Below, in pieces: positions 10,808-22,101 of a DNA stretch of 64,000 bases (the stretch's first letter is position 1; every line of letters starts with the position of its first letter). A program made the position numbers and the translations under genes. Under the pieces are notes generated by a model. The model worked only from the letters and a program-made list of their open reading frames with translations. It did no database searches and was not told the origin of the DNA. Source of the DNA: an uncultured Nitrososphaeraceae archaeon (lineage in GTDB: Archaea; Thermoproteota; Nitrososphaeria; Nitrososphaerales; Nitrososphaeraceae); NCBI GenBank assembly GCA_963825865.1, contig CAWGVG010000062.1:64001-128000 (forward strand), in the 5' to 3' direction.

Positions 10808-11565
10808 ATGGATGCCTTATTTATTACTGGTACAGCCGGTTCTGGCAAATCACTTCTTACAGCCAGATTACTACAATGGTATAAAGAAAACCCTTCATTT
10901 CCAATCACTCTCAACCTTGACCCGGGGGCCATAAATCTGCCTTATGAGCCGGATGTAGATATTAGAGATTATATAGACATTAGGGCATTAATGGAAAGTT
11001 ACAATCTTGGACCAAACGGCTCGTTAGTTATGGCAAGTGATATGATTGCTACAAGATTAGATGAGATTCAAAAGGAAGTAGATATCTTGAATCCAGATTA
11101 CGTTATAGTTGATACCCCGGGCAGATCGAGCTATTTGCATTCAGACCAAGCGGCCAGTATTTTATATCAAATTTCCATTCCGATAACAGTGCAATGCTAT
11201 TCATATTTGACGGCATTTTAGTATCATCTCCTATCAACTATGTTTCAATAGCCCTGTTGGCATCATCAATAAAACTGAGACTAAAGACTGCTCAGGTTAA
11301 TGTCCTAACAAAACGAGATCTGATTGTTAAAAGATTAAAAGATATCTTGGAGTGGTCATCTTCTAACCTTGCATTGGAATGTGCCCTCAATAACGAAAAA
11401 GATTCTGAATATTCTCTCTTAAGTAAAGATTTGGCAAGAGGTATGAGCAAAGGCGGATTTATGCAGAGTCTCATAGCTGTTTCTAGTGTGACTAGTCAGG
11501 GCCTGAACAACCTATCTGCAGCTTTGGCCAGAATCCTTAATCAAGGAGAGGAAGTTAGAGATTGA
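10808..11565 (+). CDS. GPN-loop GTPase; frameshift near 11120
   Basis: GTAGSGKS Walker A, NLDPG, LGPNG (GPN loop) and DTPG. Confidence 0.9.
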
Positions 11566-12524
11566 ACATGAGAACACCATTGTCATGTACTGCGGTTGCG
11601 TCGTCTTCTACCGCTAATTTAGGTCCAGGTTATGACGTATTCGGTCTAGGTCTTGATGCGTTTAGAGACAGAGTCAAGATTACCAGAAGTCAAGACAAAT
11701 CAAGGCAAATATCTATAGAAATGACAGGAGAATTTGGCAAGTCAATTTCGTCTGATGCGGAAGCCAATTCTGCTGGTTTAGTAGTAAAAAAGATGTCTGA
11801 AGATTTTGATATACATTACGGCCTTAACATTAAAGTTGTAAAAGGGGTCCCAGCAGGATTTGGAATGGGCAGGAGCGCTGCATCAGCAGGAGCAGCTGCA
11901 GTAGCATTTGATAGATTATTCTACCTTAAAATCGAGAAAACGAAATTAGTAGAATATGTGGCTGAAGGCGAGATTGCTAGTGCAGGAACAAAGCACTACG
12001 ATAACGTTTCAGGATTGATACTTGGCGGATTTGTCATTGTTAGAACCAATCCAGACTAGAATTTATCAGGATAGACCCCCCAAAAGATCTTGTTTTTGTT
12101 ATCGCAATTCCACTAATAAAACTACCAGAGAGAAAGACTGAATTTGCAAGAAGTGTATTGCCTAAAGACGTCCCATTTAGAAGTGTTATTCACAATGTAT
12201 CAAATGCTCGCCAATGTTGTTGCAGGATTTATTTTGAAAGATATACGAATGATTGCAAAAGGCATAGATGATATCATAGTGGAGCCCGCAAGAAGGCACT
12301 TAATTCCGGGTTATGATGCAGTTAAAAAGAATGCCTTGGAATCTGGCGCTCTTGCAGTAGCAATTAGTGGTGCAGGGCCATCAATGATTTCATTTTTGAA
12401 AACTGGTAAAAATAAAAAGCTTGTCGCAGAGTCAATGGAGCCGGTTTTAGCGAAGTAAAAATAAAAAGCAGAACCTTTGTCTGCCATGCAAGGCAGCAGA
12501 GCCAAAGTAGTATCAATAAAATAG
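11562..12524 (+). CDS. thrB: Homoserine kinase; several frameshifts
   Basis: STANLGPGYDVFG, PAGFGMG..SAAS GHMP loop, HYDNV and ISGAGPS. Confidence 0.9.
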
Positions 12525-12536
12525 CGAAAAATGACT

Positions 12537-13403
12537 CTACTTCTTCTTGCCTTTGTTCAAGAACTCAGACATCATTTTCTGCCTGTCTTCATGGGCAAAG
12601 CATAGCGCCCAGCCATAAATTTCCAAACGGAGTCCTGTATCAATATCTGCATCCATTCCTTTGTTGATTAGCATTTTACTAATTTTGACAGCAGTGAAGC
12701 TATTCTTTGTAATTTCCTTCGCAAGAGCCAGACATTCTTCCATTAGCTTTTTATTAAGAATCTTTAGCTAGTTCGTTTGCTCTTTCTTTTTCACTAGATG
12801 CATTGTCTTTAGGCGCCTCTGGTTGTAATTGATCTTCTGGTCCTAAACTAACCACTTTGTTAACAAGACCAATTTGTGTCTGCCTCTTCTGCTGTGATCA
12901 TTTTACCCGTGAAGACCAGTTCTTTTGCCTTTGCTGGGCCAACAATTCTTAATAGTCGTTGTGATCCACCCCATCCTGGTGGAATACCTATTGTGACTTC
13001 AGGCTGGCCAATTTTAGCATTACTCGAGGCAATTCTGATATCACAGACCAAAGCCAGTTCACAACCGCCTCCTAATGCAAATCCGTTAATTGCAGCAATA
13101 ACTGGTTTATCTAATTTTTCTATTTTATTGAGTACTGCTTGAGCTGAAGTTGCATATTTTTCGGCCCTGATTGGAGTCAATGTTGACCATATACGCTATA
13201 TCTGCCCCTGCACAGAAAGATCTTTCTCCAGCACCCGTAATGATTAGAGCTTTTATACCGTCATCACTACTAACGATGTCAATTGTACGCGATAATTCAG
13301 CTATAACATCTGTGTTTACAGCATTTAGGGCGTCTGGTCTGTTAATTTTGATGATAGCAATATCTCCCAGTGGTTCAAGTTGGATATATTTCATAGTAGA
13401 CAT
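12537..13403 (-). CDS. Crotonase-family 3-hydroxypropionyl-CoA dehydratase / crotonyl-CoA hydratase (3HP/4HB cycle); frameshifted into three ORFs
   Basis: [25 protein letters not shown] and [19 protein letters not shown]. Confidence 0.88.
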
Positions 13404-13575
13404 AAAGAAAAAGGCACTATATCTTTAAATTAAACCTTATCAATTGAGTATGCTTATTTGTTTCAATTACGAGCAGGGATAGGGATACGTATTAGCGGAT
13501 GAATAAAGACCCATTAACTTATATAACATATGGAGTCACACAGGAAGATTTAAACAGAAGTGAATTTTTGCTCCG

Positions 13576-15281
13576 TTAGGCACCTGCCATACCATTACGA
13601 AGTTCAACTGCCTTGTGATTATCACCTTCTGCTTCAGCAACCGCTTTATGCATTTCAGACAATGCACAACCCATTTCAGCTTCCGGTTTACCTCTTCTCA
13701 TCAAACCTCTGTAAAGACCAGCTTCCAGAGTTTGCCCATGTGCTTTTTCCCATTCTTCTACAGGGATACTGAATTTCTTTTGGATTCTGTCTCTGTACCA
13801 TTCAGGAATAACATTGAAGGCACAGAAAGGGATAATTCTAAGGTCTGGTGTCAGGTAGTGAATATCACATCTCTGCAATCTTTCAAGGTCTTCATTGTAT
13901 TTGTCCTGAAAGTGCATCATTCCTAAGAATAGTGATCTTACATGCCATGATCCGACTGAATCAAAGTTACGCTTTAGCAATATGCTTGAGAACATCTTAG
14001 CAAGGTCAAGACCGTATGGTTGCTTGCTTCTGTCAACAAACTGGCTCAGCTTCGTACAACTCCTAACATTGTCCAGTACCTATTGGCACCGGATTTAATT
14101 TCATCTGACTTTTCTTCAAAGTATTCTAGCAAACCTTTAAGATCAACAAATGCGGTCAACGGGATTAATTTCTTTGTCTGAGTGTCTTCAAAAATGTATG
14201 TACCTGCACCGCAGGCAAAGTGAATTGATAGTTCATATTTTGGTTTCTTGCTGAAAGCTTCAATAATATTCGTTAGAGGCATGCATGATGGAACCGGGAA
14301 CCATGCATCTGTAGTGACTTCGCCATTTGTTTGCTCTTCAATTCGTTCAATGCAATCAGGAATTGTTATTCTATATTTTTCACGCTCCTTCTTTGTCATT
14401 CGACCTGTTAGTGATACTGGTTGGAAATTGACTGCATGAACAACATCTAAGTTCTTTTGAGCATGTCTAATGATTCCACCCAATTCATGATCATTGATTG
14501 ATTTAATTACAGTTGGTACAAATACTACTGTCATGCCACACTTTCTAGCAGATTCTAGAGCATACGGTATTTCCCAATGATTCTTGGGATTAGTTCTAGG
14601 AGTAACACCATCAAATGAGAGATAGAGATTATTTACACCTGCCATTCTTACCTGTCGCATAGTTTCTGGAGATAGGGCCAATTTAATACCATTAGTATTG
14701 AGCTGAACGTGATCTACCCCTTCTTCCTTCATTAACTTGATAACTTCAGTTATGTCGTCTCTGAGCATTGGTTCTCCTCCCGTAATCTGAATAGAATTGC
14801 CTGCTATCGGTCTTTCCGCTTTCAGAGTCTTCATCATTGCTCTCACTTGTTCATGATTTGGTTCATAGAGATAAGCGCCTTCAAGTCCTTTCTTAACATA
14901 GAAAAAACAATACCAACATGTTAGATCGCATCTATTGGTAACAATCATGTTAGCCAAACCAGAATGTGAAAGGTGGTTTGTACAGAGACCACAGTTAGTG
15001 GGACATGCACATTTGTCTATCATAACGTTTGGAGCCTGAGCACCTTTTCCATCCATCCAATATGTGCTAAATTTCTTGTACATCTCATACGATCCAAAGT
15101 ACAATTCCTCACATTCCCCATGGGTTGGGCAAGTCTTAGTCATGTATACCTTGCCTTCTCTTTCAAAAACTTCTGCATCTAATATCATATTACAGTCTGG
15201 ACAGATACTTTGCGTATACCTAATTGTTTTTCTAACAGATGTGTTCTGATTAGACAGATTAGAAATTTGTATTAAATCCAT
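13576..15281 (-). CDS. tes: Tetraether lipid synthase (GDGT macrocyclase, radical SAM); frameshift near 14045
   Basis: N-terminal CPDC..CPTHG, CPTNCGLC, radical SAM CDLTCWYC, HFACG; C-terminal MHFQDKYNEDLERLQRCDIHY..IIPFC. Confidence 0.9.
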
Positions 15282-15453
15282 ATCTATTACCTAAAGTGTT
15301 GTTTAACAAGTCGGTACTTTTTTATATATAAAGATACCCTCACGATTCATAAGGTGTTTAGTTAGCTGTCAGCAAAATACATGGCATCATCAACGGGAAT
15401 TAAGCATAAAACAAGCTTATATTACAGCATAGAATTCACTTTTGTCATAAATA

Positions 15454-16254
15454 ATGAGTATAAGCGACAAGTCAAGGAAAGCAATGGAAAGCCTTGGCTT
15501 GACAGGTTATGAGATTAAAGTTTACCTATCGCTTGTAGAAATAGGGTCAATGATAGCTTCTGACATCAGTAAAAAATCAGGAGTTCCATACTCTAAAATT
15601 TACGAAGTTCTAAACAGTTTGGAAGACAAAGGCTGGCTGGAATCTGACAGTTCCAGACCACAGAAATTCTTTCCCAAATCGCCATTAACTGCACTTGAAG
15701 TTATGCGAATGCGCATTGAAAGCGGTATTAAGGATAATGAAAGCTTGATTATTAGCGAATTGATGCCAATCTATGAAAAGAGTGGCATAAAAGAACGGCC
15801 AGAAATCTGGGTCGTCAGAGGAATTTACAATATTGCTGCCAAAGTAAGCGAGATTATTCAAACCTGCCAGCAGGAACTGCTGATAGCCTTACCTCAAGTT
15901 GCCGAAGATGTAGCAAAACCAGTACAGCCAATGTTGAGAATGTTACATGAAAGAGGAGTAAAAATAACGGTTCTTGCTTCTGAAGAAACCAATCCAGATA
16001 CGGTACGTGCCATATCAAGAGTTGCAGATGTTAAACTTAAAAATAACATGTTCGGAGGTGGCGTAATTGGTGATAGCAAACAGGTGATGATATTGTTAGG
16101 CGAAGGAAGAGGTGAGAAAGGAAGCTTTGAACCAATTGCTATTTGGGCAGAGCATACAGGTCTTGCAAGATTTGCAAAGGATTATTTTCACTATCTATGG
16201 GTAGATGCAAGTAACAAGGAAAAGAATAGCAGTCATAACAAGAAAAGTAGATAA
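15454..16254 (+). CDS. TrmB family transcriptional regulator
   Basis: LGLTGYEIKVYLSL..SGVPYSKIYEVLNSLEDKGW wHTH plus C-terminal effector domain. Confidence 0.9.
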   Translation: MSISDKSRKAMESLGLTGYEIKVYLSLVEIGSMIASDISKKSGVPYSKIYEVLNSLEDKGWLESDSSRPQKFFPKSPLTALEVMRMRIESGIKDNESLIISELMPIYEKSGIKERPEIWVVRGIYNIAAKVSEIIQTCQQELLIALPQVAEDVAKPVQPMLRMLHERGVKITVLASEETNPDTVRAISRVADVKLKNNMFGGGVIGDSKQVMILLGEGRGEKGSFEPIAIWAEHTGLARFAKDYFHYLWVDASNKEKNSSHNKKSR

Positions 16255-16361
16255 ATCAATAATACTTCCGTCGTAAGCATTGGTTACATTTATCTTTTAA
16301 TTTTATAGGACCACACTCATTTAATTATCGATAGTAACTTGTAAAGATTATTGCAAAAAGA

Positions 16362-16649
16362 TCAAAGTGGAACTTCATTTAACAACTGAATCGAAGCATT
16401 TGAAGGCAATATTGCATGTAAGGCAAAAAGGCAGAAGTAGTCAAAGTTTCTTTTGCCAAAACGCTCAGTGTTACACACACTTTTTGTTGACCAGATGCCC
16501 AGAATAGGGAGATATAGGAAGATCGTCGTTTTTATGTTGCAATATTGATAATCTAAATGGACAAACGATGACGAAACTAGCCCTACTGACTTATGAAGTG
16601 GATCTTGAGTTAGGAGTTTGTCCTGTAGTTCAAGATTGTTATTATTCAC
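16362..16649 (-). CDS. Small hypothetical, possibly Zn-binding; C-terminus probably frameshifted
   Basis: Cys-containing ORF; an alternative frame at the 3' end gives CLTCNIAFKC. Confidence 0.45.
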   Translation of the reverse strand: MNNNNLELQDKLLTQDPLHKSVGLVSSSFVHLDYQYCNIKTTIFLYLPILGIWSTKSVCNTERFGKRNFDYFCLFALHAILPSNASIQLLNEVPL

Positions 16650-16783
16650 TTTTTTCTAATGATCATACGCTCTTATCAAATAGAATAAAGTTTGACTAAT
16701 TATTAATGAGAACTTAACCAACAATACTTTGAATCGATAATAAAGAGTAAAATAGGAAAGGAGCAGTATAAAATATATTTCAA

Positions 16784-17038
16784 ATGACAAAAACCTGTTT
16801 AAAGTGCCAAAAGACATTTAATGAAAACACAATTGATGATCCTAATGCAGAGAAATATCCTTCTTGTCAGGATTGCTGGAAAGAATGGGGAGATTACGCT
16901 GTAATGGTCATGAATGAAATGAGACTAGACATGTCTCTTCCAGAGCATAGAAGGACACTTCGGAAATATGAAAAAATATTCTTCGGTTTAGAAAAGCCAG
17001 AAGGAGAATTGCAAAAGAATCCTGACAAACGACCATAG
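16784..17038 (+). CDS. Fe(II)-trafficking / oxidative damage protection protein, YggX-like
   Basis: CWKEW..VMVMNEMRLDMSLPEHRRTL..IFF matches the YggX pattern. Confidence 0.75.
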   Translation: MTKTCLKCQKTFNENTIDDPNAEKYPSCQDCWKEWGDYAVMVMNEMRLDMSLPEHRRTLRKYEKIFFGLEKPEGELQKNPDKRP

Positions 17039-17050
17039 TGACGGTACAAG

Positions 17051-17516
17051 TTATTTTATTTTTAATATTTTTAACGCAGGCTTAGGAATAATCTCTAGCA
17101 GTTCGTATCTGTTTGGAAAAGAGAGAATTACCTCTTTTAAGCAATCAGCCAGTTTTTCCTTCTGCTTATCTTGAAGTGAGCAGAAGACATTGATTAGAGA
17201 TTCAATATTTAAATTTTCAATAGCTTTGGGGTTCATTAATATTTCTTCGCAGTAAATTCTGACCATATTACTTATTCTCACTCCGTCAAACTCAGATAAA
17301 ACCTCCATCCATGTTTTCATTAATACAGATAATACGCTGGCTTCTATTGTAGAAGCCGCTTTTAATACCATGGATATGGTTTCATGTTTATCACGCTCTT
17401 CCATTAAATAGAATTCCCGCAGTTGGTTTGAAGCATTGATTTTCTTAGAAAATCTGGAAGGTTTGCAAGAATTTTAATAATGTTTCCAGCCATCTTTGAG
17501 TTAATAGACACTGCAT
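17051..17516 (-). CDS. Hypothetical helical protein; N-terminus frameshifted
   Basis: 117 aa ORF with a plausible extension to ATG 17516. Confidence 0.55.
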
Positions 17517-17604
17517 GTTCTAATTCATAGGAAGTTATTTAAAAGATATAATTCAAACTATTTTTAAACTAGCTTAAATAAGGACGTATTTGAACAAGCC
17601 TTAT

Positions 17605-18613
17605 ATGCCGTGTCTAGTAATAGTCGGAGGATTTTTTGGGGATGAAGGAAAAGGAAAGATTATCGCATATCTTGCTAAAAAGGACAATGTTTCGATTGCA
17701 GTCAGAGGGGGGGTAGGTCCTAATGCAGGTCATACGTTTTCTTTCAGAGGTATAACATACAAAGTTCGAATGCTGCCCTAGTGCAGCGCTAAATCCATCT
17801 ACCAGACTATTGATAGGGGCCGGAGTGTTAATTAATCCAGAAATTTTGTTAAATGAGATTGGAATGTTCAACGCAGCTGACAGAACTTTTGTTGATTCGC
17901 AATGTGGCATTATTGAAAAAGGTCATATTGATGAGGATAATGCGGAACATCATCTTAAAGTTGATATAGGTACAACAGGAACTGGTACCGGTCCTGCAAA
18001 TGCAGATAGAGCGTTGCGAACTTTGAAACTGGCAAAAGATCTTCCAGAATTATCAGTATATATGGATAATGTGAGCAATTCTGTTAATTATGCCTTAGAT
18101 AATAATAGCAATATAATCATCGAAGGCACGCAGGGGACTTTTCTATCCTTATATCATGGAGGATATCCTTATGTAACTTCTAAGGATGTTTCCGCTTCAG
18201 GCATTTGTTCTGACGTAGGAATTGGTCCAAAAAAAGTTGATGAGGTTCTTGTTGTTTTCAAAGCATACGTCACACGCGTCGGTGGAGGTCCCTTGCAAAA
18301 CGAGATTAGTAGCGAGGATATTAATAGACGTGGTTGGGAAGAATTCGGGAGTGTGACTGGGAGACAAAGAAGGGCTTCGCCTTTTAACATGGATCTCGCA
18401 AAGAAAGCAATTACATTGAACAGTGCAACTCAGTTAGCAATTACCAAACTCGATGTGGTCTTTCCTGAAAGTGCTGGGATAAGGGAATTCGCAAAATTAG
18501 AAGCACAATCTAGATTGTTTATCGAGAATATAGAAGCAGAAACAGGATTGAGAGTAACACTGATAGGAACCGGTGTAGATTTAAATGATGTAATTGACCG
18601 TAGAGGGAGATGA
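17605..18613 (+). CDS. purA: Adenylosuccinate synthetase (short archaeal form); frameshift near 17778
   Basis: GDEGKGK, GPNAGHT, EGTQG and SVTGRQRR. Confidence 0.95.
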
Positions 18614-19078
18614 ATGATTCTTGGGTGCGGCCATCGTCTTGACTCATTCCTATGGTAATTGTGATCACCTTACAATCGAAATTTCGAACATGTCCCTAAG
18701 CTATTTTCAATTCGGCCAACGGCGTTTTTACTTTGACACTCAAATAAGTTTTGATTTTATGAACTTGATGTAGTCTTCACCGAATTCCCTTGGCTGATAT
18801 TTTTAGTCTTTATTGATGTCAGAGGGACTTTTCTTTATAGCATGCCTTTGTTTTAGATCCAAGGTGGCATACTTAACATTACTATGTGTATACCAGAATG
18901 ACGAGGAATCGTCTGCAATTATTAATAAGATAAAATCTTGCTTGATTTATTTATTTTTGGGTTCTCAGTTTATTATTACAATTACAATTAATCATGTATA
19001 TGAAATACGAATCTATAAAATTATAGCATTAGTTGCGCAGATGAGTTTAATAGTGTACTTAATAAGAATAATGACAAA

Positions 19079-19780
19079 TTGCAACTCAAATCTCCCTTCT
19101 ACATTGAACTATGCAACATGAAAGATTTCGGCAGGCTAGTATGTGCATTAGAACGTGCCCCTTTACCGGCTTTTTCGTTAATTTTAAATAATGAACATGT
19201 ATTTGCAGTCCAAACTGATTTTATAAACGGTAGACCTGTCATTTATTTTGTTAAAAGCCTGCAAATCAAAGATGGCCAGTATCTCGCCTACAGAGTTACT
19301 GGAGGCACGGAAGAAGTTATAGTGGTTGATTCAGTCGCCAATCCAACTTTTGTTTATTCACCGATAATTAACATCGATACGTTTCCTCGCACTCTTACAA
19401 AAACAGCAAGGATTGACAAGAAATCTGGATATATATCGATAAAATTGAGGGATTTAGCGAGTCTTGCCAAAGTTGCAGCCTATAAGACAATCTATGACGA
19501 ACCCCCACTACCACTATTCCTCTTTAAGGAAAATAGTAACAACAACAGTCATTATAGAAAATTTGTAATCGGAGCTGCAATGAGTCTAAGTGAATCTGAT
19601 ACTATATCATACTTTTATTATATTCTTCTTGATGAAGAACCAAAAGATCCCTTTTTACGTTTCTCTAGCCAGAAGGTGGAACAACCATCTTTTTCTAATA
19701 GAATAGACGAACACGGTCATATCTATCTAAAGTTGATCAAGCTTGCTAATAATCACCCGCTGGTCGGAATCTATGGCTAA
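19079..19780 (+). CDS. Conserved hypothetical protein
   Basis: Intact 233 aa ORF overlapping the pyrF start. Confidence 0.7.
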   Translation: MQLKSPFYIELCNMKDFGRLVCALERAPLPAFSLILNNEHVFAVQTDFINGRPVIYFVKSLQIKDGQYLAYRVTGGTEEVIVVDSVANPTFVYSPIINIDTFPRTLTKTARIDKKSGYISIKLRDLASLAKVAAYKTIYDEPPLPLFLFKENSNNNSHYRKFVIGAAMSLSESDTISYFYYILLDEEPKDPFLRFSSQKVEQPSFSNRIDEHGHIYLKLIKLANNHPLVGIYG

Positions 19781-20535
19781 ACTGTCTTCATTCCGTGAAA
19801 GAATAGATAACAGTTCAAAATACAAAAACAGCCAAATAGTTCTATCCCTCGATCCATCCCCCAGGAGCGATCTGATAAGATTCGTCAAAGAGACAATTAC
19901 TCTTCTCAAAAAGCATATCTGTGCAATCAAGATCAACTTTCATCTTATCTTACCATTATCTATCTCCCAGATATCAGAAATAAATGACCTAGTCCATTCT
20001 TACGAATTGCAATCTATTGCAGATATAAAGTTAAATGATATTATCAGTACCTAACGAAATTGCTATTGGCTATCTTTTGAAAATGGGTTTCGACGCAGTA
20101 ATAGTTAATCCATTAATCGGAAAAAATGCGTTGCAATTTGCAGTAAATCAGGCTCACAAAATGAATGCGGGTATTATCGCATTAATATATATGAGCCATC
20201 CTGGAGCAAAGGAAGGCTTTGGCATTAATGTAATAAAGCAGGCCAAAAATAGTAATAATAAAATTACGTCTATGTATAAAGTGTTTCTCGAGTATGCCTA
20301 CACGTCTCAAGTAGACGGTATTGTAGTTGGTGCTACACAAATAGATATTTTGAAAGAAATATCTAGCCAAAGGAAGGCTCCTATTTATTCGCCAGGATTT
20401 GGGACGCAGGGGGGAGATATAAAACAGGCTGCTAAGAGTGGTACTGATTACTTTATTATCGGCAGTTCAATTATTGGATCAAAAGATCCTTTAAATGTGG
20501 TCAAAGAGATACAACGTCAAATTTATTGTATTTAG
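19773..20535 (+). CDS. pyrF: Orotidine 5'-phosphate decarboxylase; frameshift near 20045
   Basis: LSLD, AIKIN, ADIKLNDI active site, VVGAT and SPGFGTQGG. Confidence 0.93.
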
Positions 20536-20969
20536 TATTTATTAACACAATTTCCTTCCAAAAAGATTTTGGCATCTTTTAAGAGATTCTTTGCATTCAT
20601 ATAAGTTAGTTGGTTCATTGCCTTGTCATATCTCGTCCATGCGTGTCCAATATGTTCATTAGAGAGTATAACTTTTCTTGTATTAGTTTTACTAATGTAG
20701 AAAATAACCTCTTTTTGAATTGATTTTCGTCCACGTTTGTAACGATATTCTATTTTCTTTCTAAAACCTTTCAGAAACTCTACATCTTGAACTCCAGTTT
20801 CTTCGAGTATTTCTCGACGGGCAGTCTGTAATTCATCTTCCTCTGCTTCTATATTTCCCTTTGGAAAATCCCAATGGCCTGATACATAGTGTAATAGTAA
20901 AAATTCTTTTTCACCAGACCCTTTATCAATCGAAAACATGATTGCGCCTGAAGATCGTTCATATGCCAA
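20532..20969 (-). CDS. NUDIX hydrolase, Ap4A hydrolase-like
   Basis: GHWDFPKGNIEAEEDELQTARREILEETG Nudix box and LSNEH; likely TTG start at 20969. Confidence 0.88.
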   Translation of the reverse strand: MAYERSSGAIMFSIDKGSGEKEFLLLHYVSGHWDFPKGNIEAEEDELQTARREILEETGVQDVEFLKGFRKKIEYRYKRGRKSIQKEVIFYISKTNTRKVILSNEHIGHAWTRYDKAMNQLTYMNAKNLLKDAKIFLEGNCVNKY

Positions 20970-21007
20970 TGACTTAGGTTTGATCCTTATTATCATAAGA
21001 ATCTTCT

Positions 21008-21124
21008 TCAATCTGTTATATTTTGTGGCATATAATCATGAAGATCTTTCCACTCCTGCAGTGTCATCCAATAGTTGCAATACCATTTTTGTGAACCTGA
21101 ATTATAATCTCCATGCTCGGGCAT
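21008..21124 (-). CDS. Small protein, 38 aa (MPEHGDYNSGSQKWYCNYWMTLQEWKDLHDYMPQNITD)
   Basis: Read by hand, below the ORF track cutoff; ATG start, TATTAAAA box ~27 nt upstream, fills the uppS-NUDIX gap. Confidence 0.6.
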   Translation of the reverse strand: MPEHGDYNSGSQKWYCNYWMTLQEWKDLHDYMPQNITD

Positions 21125-21194
21125 TTAAGTATCCAACTATTTCTTCCTATTTTAATACAATCTATATCAGTTAATCCATAGGTGGGTAAACATA

Positions 21195-21992
21195 TTATTT
21201 GCCAAATCTTCGTATTCTGCGTTGGTAAGTTCTGATGGCTCGCATTAAATCGATTTTACGAAACCCCGGCCAAAATACATCCATAAACACTAATTCGCTA
21301 TATGCACTCTGCCATACAAGAAAGCCGCTTAGACGTTTTTCTCCGGATGTTCTTAGTATTAAATCAGGTTCTGGCTGCGGTAAATGGGATGTGTATAGAC
21401 ATGATTCAATTACCTTTTCATCAATATCCTCCTCTTTGATTTTCCCAGATTTAACCATTAATACAATTTTCTTTATAGCGTCAACAAGTTCTTTTTGTCC
21501 CCCATAAGCAATAGCGATATTGAGAAACATAGAATTATATTCCGCAGTGACTTTCTCAAGTTTGATCAAAATATCTTGCAGCGATCTTGGCAGAAGATTG
21601 ACATTTCCTATTGCCTTAATTTTCATTTTGCGTTTATGTATTCTTGAATCTTTATACAGTTTCTCGAGCTTTATGTGTAAGACCTTGTATATGTTGTCTA
21701 GTTCTTCGTCTTTTCTCTCCAAATTCTCGTTTGATAAAACGTATAATGTCGTAATCTTGATACGAAGATCATGTATCCAATTCAAAAGATCTTCTGCTTT
21801 ATCAGCACCCATAAAATGACCACTGTTTATTCCAACAAAGTTGTATTTTGCCCATCTTCGATTGCCGTCTAAGATTATGGCAATATGGTTAGGAAGTGAA
21901 TCCTTCAGAATTTGTGATTCTAATCGCTGTTCATAGATACTATAAAGACCGCTATGTTTAAGAATAGATTCTACAAAAGCCTTACTTCCCAA
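21195..21992 (-). CDS. uppS: cis-prenyltransferase (polyprenyl diphosphate synthase)
   Basis: HIAIILDGNRRWA, AIAYGG, RTSGEKRLSGF and RRFG. Confidence 0.95.
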   Translation of the reverse strand: MGSKAFVESILKHSGLYSIYEQRLESQILKDSLPNHIAIILDGNRRWAKYNFVGINSGHFMGADKAEDLLNWIHDLRIKITTLYVLSNENLERKDEELDNIYKVLHIKLEKLYKDSRIHKRKMKIKAIGNVNLLPRSLQDILIKLEKVTAEYNSMFLNIAIAYGGQKELVDAIKKIVLMVKSGKIKEEDIDEKVIESCLYTSHLPQPEPDLILRTSGEKRLSGFLVWQSAYSELVFMDVFWPGFRKIDLMRAIRTYQRRIRRFGK

Positions 21993-22101
21993 ATCCTATA
22001 TCTCCATTTGTCTACATCATTTAACAGGTCAAACAATGATTTTATTGTTATTATAAAAGAAATTTATTAGAATTAGAAGGTCGTTTTGATATTTGTTGCT
22101 A

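Noticed and set aside
18620-19121. Possible small genes between purA and the 19079 ORF
   Set aside because: The minus-strand frames contain several stops, and the plus-strand 18813 ORF looks like translated AT-rich intergenic DNA.
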